A program made the position numbers and the translations under genes. Of a stretch of 64,000 nt of DNA, positions 38,701-50,242 are shown in pieces; within the stretch, counting starts at the first letter, position 1, and each line of letters starts with the position of its first letter. Source of the DNA: Octopus bimaculoides (lineage: Eukaryota); NCBI RefSeq assembly GCF_001194135.2, contig NC_068985.1, positions 122,029,396 to 122,093,395 of the forward strand. Direction: 5' to 3'. Below the pieces are notes generated by a model, which was not told the origin of the DNA, made no database searches, and saw nothing but the letters and a program-made list of their open reading frames with translations.

Positions 38701-41700
38701 TTAAGGTAATGTTTTAATGTACACCTTAATGTTCTATTTTGCTTTTTATTAGCACAGTGGATTGGCAAACTCAGAGCTTTGAGATAAAATGCTTTGTGAT
38801 ATTTGTTCTGACTCTTTATATTTTGAGTTCAAATCCTGACAGGGTCACCTTTGCTTTTCATTCCTCCAGGGTTGATATAATAAAGTGCTAGCCAAGTACT
38901 GGTGTCAAAATCATTGACTAGCCTCTCTCCTCAGAATTGCTGGCCTTATGCTGAAATTAGAAACTAATATTATTTAAGCATTGTTGTAACAGAGATGTTC
39001 GACTACTTGGGCTAAATGTTTACAATATTTAGTTACGTCCCTTAATGTTTTCATGTTCAAGTCATACTTTTCATTATCAATAAAATATCCATCAGTGAAG
39101 TGCTGAGGACTATTGAATCAACTGTATCATTCTTTTACAATTTATGGTGTAATGCTTATGTTAACAATGATTGTTGTCATTTAGCATTGGTCAGTCCTGA
39201 TTCATATGACCTATTGTCACCATGACCACCTCATCTGTGTCTCTGACAGTGCCTTATCTGGAATGACACAACACTATACTATGTTTTGTCTTTTTCCAAG
39301 ATGCCAGAGTATGATTTGAAGAACATGTCAATTCACCCTCCGGTTTATTGAATCGGTTCTTATTTTACTGAACCTGGAAGAATGAAATGTGAGTTGACCC
39401 ATCCAGTTCACTTCAGTGGTATTTGATTTTAAAAAAAAAAAAACAGTATTTAAAGAAACATTGGTTGACATTGTGGATCAGTGTCAACTCATGACAAAAA
39501 CTGTGGATTAGGAACATAGGCAGGGTTGTGCTGTTCAGGAAATTTACTCTACAACCATGTGATTCTAGGTTCAGTCCCACATGTTATGTTAGTCAAATTT
39601 ATTCTTCCATTACCTCACATTGACCAATACTTTGTGGATGTAATTTCATAGATGAAAACTGTGCAGAAGCCTGTACTATATATTTATGTGTGTGTGTGTA
39701 TATGCATATATATATAATATCATCGGTTTAACACACATACACTTCTTCATACTTGTATGGGTCAGACAGTTTGTTAAAGTAGCTTTTCCATGCCCAGATG
39801 CTCTTCCTGTCACCAACTCTTACCTGTTTCTACACAAGGTAATATTTCCCCACAGTCAGATAGGTTTTTGCAGAATATTGGAAATGAATGATATTCATTT
39901 ACAACAACCACATGATGTCAAGACAAGGAGACAGAAATATACGTACACATACAAACACAAGGACTTCGTTTCCATCTACCAAATACACTCACAAAGCTCC
40001 AGGGGCTTCGTTAAATATCCAACCCTTTTTTCATCAAGCTATTGTTTGGAAGATAACAAATGGTTCTTAGATAAAACTATGACATTTTAATTTTAATATG
40101 AACACCATAGAAAGGACTATTTTGTACCAAAGAACCAGGAGGTGGTTTCAAATGAGTTTGTACCAAAAGAGTTAATCTACACTTCTATTTTTAAAACCCT
40201 CTTGATCTACATATTTTCTATGGCTTTTAATAATAATGAAGAAGAAAGGAAAAATCATGTTTTGTATCAGTTTCCACATAGACATTCACTTTCAAATACA
40301 TGCACACAGACACATCTGCACAAAATTATAAATTCCTACTTAACAAGATTGTTTCCTTTCAAAGATCTACTTCATTTTGAGTGTTTCAGTGGAAGCTGGT
40401 GGAAGCTGTGTCAGTTGTCATTGTAATACAAACTTCAAAATCTTGTGCTTTCTATAAATGAAAGTTGAATCATTGCAGATGGGAAACACCCAAAGACAAT
40501 TGTCACATTTTTACTGTTTTATGTTATTTTAAGGTTTGTGTATTTATTTTCAAATTCAGTTAGGCTACTATTATGAACTGATAGGTTTATAGAAATCTTG
40601 AATTGACTAAAATATTAGAGATTTTCGTTATAACATACTAATTTAGTTCATTATTTACTAGCTAACACTGGAGCTTTTATGTGGTCACTTAACCTGTTAG
40701 AAATAGCTGCCAAATCTCCCTTAAATCACACCCTTGCCATGTGACACATGAAAGATGAATACATTGAATAGTGTAGTCCTTTATGCAGTGGGCCTTGGAG
40801 AAAGGCAGGAATGTCGTGGCTGGAATACCTTTGGTGATGTCTTTTTGATCAGGACCAATCTGAAGCCAAACAACTTCATTATTTGTTTTTGTAACACAAA
40901 TTTTACAGGTTAATGTTTTACTAATAGTTTGGTGTGATGACTGTGGGTTGCTTTTTGCATAGGTTGTCATTGCCGACTGTTTTGCTATGCAGAGTGGCAT
41001 GAAGTATACATCATACACTCACTTCCACTGGCCTAGTCCACCTAGCGATGAAAGGATAGGTGATAGTGCGAGTGACTGCTATATGCAACAGGAACCATTT
41101 ATATTTCAGGAGTTGTTCCTAAGCTTATAATATTGAGTTCAAAACCCTGAAGTGCCTAGCAAGGAGGTTTGAGAGACATTTATTTTCTATTGAAATTTTC
41201 AAGACTATTTAATCTACAGGATCATCTGCAAATTCAAGATCTAATTATAATCTCTACATTTTAATATACATATATTTTGAGGCAACACTTTTAACTGCAT
41301 CCAACACTACAGATCCTTATGATCATCATCATGTATTTTATAAAATTCAATTTATTCCTCTCATCCCATTTACCATGCTTAACTTTTTGAGAATGCCCTG
41401 GCACTTACCACCATCTATCTCTCTCTCTTCCTTTCCTCAACCATCTCATTTATATTCTGATCCCTGTTCCTTATGAGTATGCCCAGCATTCTGTCACCAT
41501 CTCTATCCTGCTGCTGTCTCCCACTCCCTCTCTTTCTCCTACACTTCCCTCAGGTTTGGGCAGCCATGTATTTTCTTTGTGGTAGCACACATGTTTCTAT
41601 CTGCCTTCTGGATCTTTCTCTCTCCGGCAGGGTAACCTTGAACTTCCTCTACAGCAAGACACCACTATCTGTCTCATAACTTTTTCATCATCACCTCCCC

Positions 41701-42587
41701 CATTGACTCCTCTTAAAAGTTCTTTTTTTTTTTATGTCTTGCAAGTACTTTGTGACCCTGTCAGTGCAGGCGCCACTTAAAAACACTCAGTTCACACTGT
41801 AATGTGGTTGGTGTTTGGAAGGGCATCCAGCTGTAAAAACCTTGCCAAAACTGACCTTCCATGTGCTTGTGCCACGTAAAAAGCACTAAGTCCACTCTGC
41901 AGAGTGGTTGGTGTTGGGAAGAGTATCCAGCTGTAAAAGTCCTGCCACTACAGTCACAGAAGTCTGGTGCAGGCTTCAGCCTGACCAGCTCTTGTGGTAC
42001 CATCCCACCCATGCTAGCATGGAAGACGGACGTTAAATGATGATGATGATGAACTTTTAGGGAATAGTGTCTATGAGAGAGAAGAGAGACAGAGAGATTT
42101 TACTGATTAGAACCTGATAGTAAATCTTGTAATGTCTTTGTTTGTATCTTTGGAGCAAGGTACTTTGTATGAACGTCCTTCTATTTTATTAAGGCACATG
42201 ACTAAGTAGTCTGGGTATTCAGCTCATGATCATATGATCAGCAGTTCAATTCCTGTTGGTTTGTGGTGTCCTTGAGCAAGACACTTTATTTCAAGTTGCT
42301 CCAGTCCACTCAGCTGACAGAAATGAATAGTACCTGTATTTGAAAGAGCCAGCTATGTCACATTCTGTGTCACGCTAAATTTCCCTGAGAACTTGACATT
42401 ATGGGTATGTATGTTTGTGGAGTACTCAGCCACTTGCTAGTTTATTCCACAAGCAGGGTGTTCTGGTGATCAGAACAACTGGAACCCTTGTCGCCCAAAC
42501 TGACTGAGTGCCAGTGGTTTTTATCTGAATAGCTGCCATGAGAGATGTGCTATGGTTCTTGAACTCTCATGATAACAAATGTTTATT

Positions 42588-42634
<47 letters not shown>

Positions 42635-45600
42635 CTCCATACATATATGTACATACCTACATCTATAAGTATACATACATGCATATATGGGTACAGGACA
42701 TCAAAAAAAAACATTAAACACAATGAGAAACGAAAACAGGAAACAAACTTTTTTCGAACGAAAAAATAGAGAAACGAGACATGCAACATAAAGAGTATAC
42801 CCCTTCGTCAGTTGTCCCTGTTTCATCTACTCCATGTTTTGAAGGCAAGGACAATACGCGACTTCATTGGAACAGTCCTTCCTGCAAAGCAAATTAAATA
42901 AAATTTGGAATTTTTTGCGGAGGGTGAAAGTGTTAACAAGAACAGGACAGTAAAAACAAACGGTGAGGGCTGTTGAGCCAAGACGATAGAAAAATTATTA
43001 TGAACGTTAAGTAGACGTGCCATGAGAGAAGAGACAGAAAAAACATGTCTTTTCTTTAGGAAGGCAGTGGACAGAAAGAGAGATCCCCTTTTGTCACATG
43101 TCAACGACGAGAGGGTCAAGGAGGAAGAGTGAGAGAGAGAGGGGGAATGGTGAAAGGGAAAGAAGAATAGGGAAAGGGTGGGAGAGAAAAACAGAAAGGA
43201 TGAAGAACGAGAGAGGGAGAGAGATAGACAGAGAAGAGATAGAAGAGTGTGCATTGTAATTATTAAGATAAAATTTATTTGGAAAAGGATGTGTGGCGAA
43301 ATAATATAAATATATGCATATATCCATACATATATATATATTCATGTGGTGTCATTCTTTAGCTCCGCATCAGCTCTGATCTAGCAGGCCTATTGTCAAA
43401 GACATTCCAACTATGACCATCTTGTCTTTTAGTTAGTATGCCTTGGACTGCTTTGAATATAGCATTCATTTCTAGAGTGCAATTTAAAGATTTGCTCTCT
43501 TATTTCCTGCAGGTTGAGCAACCATTTAAGTATTTTTCATTGGCTCTGTGTGAGAGTGTATATGTATACACATAAATGCATACATATATTAAATGAAATC
43601 ATGGGACTGAAATACAAAAACAAACTTGTCATACAAGTTGGTTGAAGTTTTCCTCTTACTAAAGGTAGCTCAACAGACTTGTCAAGTAGGGCAAGTTTGT
43701 GCAAATTTTGGCATTGTGTTGGTCAGGCTTGGCTGCCTTGAATGCTAAAGGACTGAATTAAGTTTTGAACTAGTTTTTAATTATAACATTTTCTTAAAAA
43801 TCACTTTTTTCTCACATTTTAATATATATGATAGATGAAATTTAGATTTTTGTTTTTGTTTGTTTACTGAAATAAATTGCTTATATTTATTTTGTAACCC
43901 CCAGTTTGTTGAAGAGCAAAGTCAGCTTCAGCAAAATAGCATCTCAATGAAAAGAATTTTTTAAAAAACGGCATTTAATATCATTTTATGTGATATGTGA
44001 ATTTAAACAGTTTATAATATTTTTCACATAATTATTTATAAACATGTGTTAGAAAATTAGAGCAGCTATTTTACTGGTCCCCTCCATTCACTAATTTTTT
44101 TCTTTGTGTAGATTTGATATTGTTGACATTTTATTTTCCATTTCTGTTTACATACTTAATTATCAACCTTCTTTCATCTTGCTGATTGCTCTCTCTATCT
44201 CTAACATGATCTAGTAGTATATCACAATGAATTCAATAATTCACTGTTTCTGTTTTAGCTTGAAACTTTCCATATGCTCATATTTTTCCACCCCCTCCTT
44301 TGAATAATGACTTAATTATTTTTTGATTTGTTTTCATTTTCCCTTTTTTGTTGTAGTTTTAAGAATATTTATTGCATACAGTGTGTCTGTGTGATTGTGT
44401 GGAAGAGAAATGTATATTTCCTAGTATTACATCAACAAATAAAGTATATCCTTATATTCAAACTTGTAAAGATTAAATAAATATATTCTACTGAAACATA
44501 TTGAATGGTTCTTCATTTTTTTTTTTTTTTTGATAACTACACAAAAAGAGGTGTTGAACTAGAATTGGAAAATGGTCAAGCAGATGAGATATTGGTTTGC
44601 TGCCTCATAAGTCGAAAGTTCAAATTCACTGCTGCTGATTTGTTGCATTTATGGAGAGACAGTACATTAAATTTTACATAGTATCAATTAATTTTCTTCA
44701 ACTATGAAGGAATAGGTATGAGGTTATTTGGTGTAGGTTAACATCTTATCCAGAGGGAAATTCATCCTCTATCTGTTAAATATCATGGAAAGTGGAGTGC
44801 AGTACCAGCCTTACTACAGGCCCTTGTGATTTTGGAAACAATTATCTTTTAATTTAATATGGAAAAGCACACATGTTTGTGCTTTACTGTTAGACAAAAA
44901 ATTCACTGAAGAAGTGATTTTTCCACTTTGCTCTGAACTGAAGATGTGATGAGCAAATTTTTGTTTCAAATGAAATTAAGAACTGTTCTTTACAGATTTA
45001 CCTTAATCCTAATAATTAGCTAATCATAGAATATTGAGTTCCAAAAATTAGTTCTCTGGTTATGCTGAACTCTCGATTAGCAAGTCAAAGGAAAGAAGAT
45101 GCCTCTCTGGGTTTATATTTATGTGTATGTGAGCATGTATCTGTCTGTGCTTGTACCCTGATGAATGACCAATGTCTCGTTGACCATTTTACATTTAAAC
45201 TAGCCAAATCTGGTCACCTTTAAGACACTAGTTTAGATTTATAACTATTTTGGTAGTAAGAAACACATCTCAAATTTCTAAGTTATCTATATATATATAT
45301 ATATATATAGGGTCATCTTATAAATAATGTGGTTTTTTTTTAATACTTTTATTTTTCACAGTTCTTTTTTAATCTAAAATATACTCTCCTTCATTTTCTA
45401 GATTGCTCTTCCATCTATCTGGTAAATTTGCAAGGATCCTCTTCCAAAATTCACTTGTCTGTGATAAAAAATATTCCTCCAGTACTGTTCCGACCTTGTC
45501 TACAGAATTCATATTTTTTCCATCCAAATGATTTCGAAGACTGTGGAATGGATGGAATCAGATAGATGGGCTATCATTTCCCATTCCCTGATGGAAGAAC

Positions 45601-48600
45601 ACCTTTCATCTTGACACCAAAGATGGTCATTTTCCTTCTAGCACTGACTTAAGCTGCTCGCAATAGATCTCTTTTGTTATCGTTTGGTTTGGGTTGGGTT
45701 TAAAAGTTCAAAGTGGACTAAACATTTCATATCCCACCAAACAGATAACAACACTTTACGTGGGAAAAGACATCCTTTAGTCTGAGGTGCTGGTATTTCT
45801 CCTTTCTCTACTCACTGTCTTTAGCATTTGACATTTTTATAGAGAACCCATTTCTCATCACCAGTCACTATTCAGTCCAAAAAAGGTTCATTCGTGAGAC
45901 ATAACAGCAAAGAAGAGCACACATTCACTCTCTGCATGTGATTAGATTTGGAAAGTTTTCAAGAAACCTATTGACTCAATTTATCAGTTTATCCTATCTC
46001 CCTCTGACTTTTAGTTCATGCAGTTGAAAAAAACCCACATAGTTTATGGGATGACCCAATACACACACACACGCACACACACACATGCACGCACGCACAT
46101 GTCTAATAACCTTAAGAAATGCTCATGGATTGAGCTGAACTCTAAAATTGGAATAGGAATGTGAGAAAGTGATGATTTTTAAAAAAAATGTAATTACTCG
46201 GAAGAAAGGAATCCTTTTCCTTTCTCACTGTAACTATATTGATTTTTAACTATCAGGAAGTTCCTAAAGAATTGAGTGTTTTGTTAAAGACAGTTAATTG
46301 TCAGCAATATATTTGAAGGGTTTTTTTTTTTTTTTGTTTCATGAAATTATATACATGTAATATTTAATGTTGAATTAAAAACTATAATTTAAACTTGTAA
46401 TTGAATTTATTTACAGGGAACCCAAAACTGATTACACTTACTCTGAGAGGTAAGTTTTTTCCTCTTTATTTTAAAGATAATTTTATCTTTAACATGTAAT
46501 AAAATATTTTATTATGATTGTAAAACCATTTATCTATTCAGAGACAGTTGAAGTGACCCTGTCATGAATTAATCACAATCAAAGGTCATCTAAAACACAG
46601 TAGAGATAAAGGTCTCTAGGGAATTCATGACATTCATGTTAGGAAGTGACATAGGTGAATTCAAATATCTTGTCTCCAATGATGCAACAGTACTACTGTG
46701 AATATGGCATAAGAGTGGTGATATTGCATAAATTTAATGATGGTAAAATCAAAGCTATTGCACATGCATCGAGAGTTCTGTTACCCACAGAAAGAAACTA
46801 CAGCCAGATTGAAAAAGAGGCGTTATCATTAATCTTCACAGTTAAAAAAAATTCCGTAAATTCTTACATGGGAGGAAGTTTACACTGCAAACGGACCACC
46901 GACTGTTATTGTCTATTTTTGGTTCGAGGAAGGGTATACCCATGCACTCAGCAAACCACTTACAGTGCTGGGAGACTACTCTGTTGAACTACGATTTTCA
47001 GATGGAGTTTTTGCCATCAATGAAAATGGGACACGCAGACGGGTTGTCTAGGCTGATTCCAAAATATGAGGAACCTTTTGAAGACACGGTGATTGCATCG
47101 TTAAAACTAGAAAAGGAACTGAAGAACATTTTGTGCAATGTAGTACGTGGTTTGCGGTAACGCTGGAAGAAATTAAATTGAAATCGGAAAATGATAGGTT
47201 TATAAATAAGATTAAAAATATGTTGTGTAACACAAAAAATATAAAGGAGCGGGACGTAGGTTCAAAGTACTATTCAGTATGTGATGAGGTATTATTATAC
47301 GCACAAAGTGTGGTAATACCTGAAATACTGCAAAACAGAGTATTAAAAGATTTTCATGTTGGACATCCGCGGATTGTCCGGATGAAAAGCCTTATGAGAA
47401 GTTATGTTTATTGGCCAAATATGGACAAGCAAATTGAGAGACTGGTACAACAGTGTAGGGGTTACAGCCTTGGCCAAAAACAGATTCGGCATGGTCTAAA
47501 CTACATGTGGATTTCGCAGGACCATTAAATGGCTCCTATTATATCATTGTGGTGGACAGTTATTCCAAATGGCCTGAAGTGTGTAAATGTTCAAGGCCAA
47601 CCACAAGTGTGACGATTGACTTCTTGGAAGAACTGTTTGCTCGGTATGGAGTACCAGATACAATCGTGTCAGATAATGGGACACAATTCACAGCGAAGGA
47701 GTTCAAAAGATTCTGTAAGTTGGTTCAGATGAAGCATGTGTTAACTCCGCCATACCACCCAAGGTCAAATGGGTTAGCAAAAAGATTTGTCGACACATTC
47801 AAGAGAGCTTTAAGGAAGACTAGACGAGAAACCTTTGAAGATACAAATATGACAAAGTTTTTGCAGGTGTATAGAATGAAACCGAATCCAAATGCAGAGT
47901 CAGGTAGGTCACCCGCAGGTTTGATGTTTTCCAGAAAAATTCGTTCCATTTTTGAAAAATGGTTACCGAGCAGAAANNNNNNNNNNNNNNNNNNNNNNNN
48001 NNNNNNNNNNNNNNNNNNNNNNNNNNNNNNNNNNNNNNNNNNNNNNNNNNNNNNNNNNNNNNNNNNNNNNNNNNNNNNNNNNNNNNNNNNNNNTTAAACC
48101 AATTGAAAAAAAAAGATATACCAAAAACCAAAAGAGGCGAGAGGAACAAATGGATATATGGTATTTGTTCGACGTCCCACAACCACAAGCTAAAGCCTAA
48201 CTGACACGTAGGTCAAGTAGGAAGAGAACACCTGCAGAAATGATGGAAATAAATGCTAAGAGAAAAAGATATGCCAGTTTCTCACCGAGGAAATAAAATT
48301 GATAAATTCTTTTTTTTTTTTTTTGTTTTTTGAAAGAGAAAAAAAAATCAAAAGGGGGAGGTGTTGTGTCGACACCCCCAAGCGAAGAAGTAGGATGGCC
48401 CAAGACATATAAATAGAGGTAGTCTGGCCGTGGTAGGGTTGTTGAGTAGCAGTCGAGTAGAGATCATCCGAAGGTGCTAGATGGCAGTAGCTTGAGACAT
48501 AACAACTACACAAAGAATAAAATAAGTGTAATAAAAAGCAAGCACTGCTATGTTTAAAATGAACACCAATATTGAATCCTTTGCTTTGCTCTGTTTGATT

Positions 48601-50173
48601 CTGAAATATTTTCTTTATCATTCATAGTATGTTAAGTGCATTCTGTGTTATTTGGTCATTAAATATTCACATTGAGTTTCAAAAATTTTCGACAGCTGAA
48701 TTGTTTCAGTGTTATAAAATTTACCCCCCCCCCCCCCACTTTTTTGTGGGGTGGGGCAAAAGTGCAGGGATGTGGAAGGAGAATGCAGTGGCTATATTGA
48801 GAAAGGTGGCAGAGAGAAAAAGAAAGTATTTAGAGAGGGAGTCGGAACACAAGAGCAAGGAATTGGACAACTTTTCAACAGACAAAGAAATTTTCGGTCA
48901 AAGAGAAATTGCTTTATTTATAATTGTAGAAAATATATGAAAATTATCACAAATTGTTAGTGCTTGATGGTGAACTGGGGAGAGCTGCTGCAAAATGACA
49001 AGAAACCAAGAAGAAATAGAAGCAAGGTCTTGGGTTAAAGGAATAACTGAGACAAGACAAAATGTAGCAGAAGAAAATGAAGTAATGTTTGGAGTAAAAA
49101 GAATTACTGGAGGAAGACAAATAAACCCCATCATTTTTTAGGGTACTAAACTAGTTTAGTAATGTATATAAGTCTTATATATAAAAATATATCAAACAGA
49201 ATATAATCATCTTTTAATGTGTCTTCCCTGCTGGCACGGATTAGATGGTTTGATAGGATCTGGTGAGTCATGCTTCAGTGTCTACTTTGGAATTGTTTCT
49301 ACAGTTGAATACTTTTCCTAACACCAGCCACTTCACAGAATGTACTGAGTGCTTTTTTTTTTATGGCACCAGCACTATTGTGGTTACTGTGAAACTCATA
49401 AGACAAAAGAACCTCCTCAACTGAGTAGGAGTAATGTAGAAAGTGGGGTAGCTTTCTATTGAGAAGTTAAAATATGAAAGAAGGATAAAATACTAGAATT
49501 CAACCCTTGCGACAGCTAGTGTTTGTTCTAAAAGTACATGAATTTTGCTTGCTTCAGTCTGTCTTACAAAACGGGCTCTATTTCCTATTCATTCATAAAT
49601 ATTTAGCTGGCCATCAATGTATTAAATTCAATACTTCAATATACATATATTAAAATTTGAAAATCTACTTTTTCTACATTAACATTTAAATTAGTAAAAA
49701 CAAAAATGATGAAAAGGAAGCATCTCTGTATCTATTATCATCATTAACAATTTCCTAAATGTGTTACTTAAATTCTGTTTTCATGTGAATAATTGTTTTT
49801 TTTCTTTTTATTTCTTTTTAGTAAGAGCTATACTGTGAAATGTGATTCAAGCTGCAGAAGCCCAAATATGTCACGTCGAAACCTTCATCGAAATGATCTC
49901 TCGGGGTATAGGGAATCCCCTGGGCAAACCCCTTCTTGCACTCATTGGTTAAGGTCTCGTGAAATATATTCAAATACTTCTCCTCATGAGGAATCTAGCA
50001 TCTCATTTTCCAGTTACCGTTCAGGTTGGTACAAAAATGTGCTTTGTTCATTTTATATATTTTTTTATTCACTTTCTAAGTTCTGGTCAATTTGAACGTG
50101 GTATCAATATTCTTCATCTCTTGTTTGTGAGAGTATGCATTTTTTTAAAGTTACAAAAAATTTATTTTTTTTA

Positions 50174-50242
<69 letters not shown>

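Noticed and set aside
42780-42870. Hammerhead ribozyme (CTGACGA and GAAAC on the minus strand) in a possible Penelope-like repeat
   Set aside because: The order and spacing of the cores (only 8 nt between GAAAC and CTGACGA, and no GAAA after the stem) do not fit type I, II or III folds.
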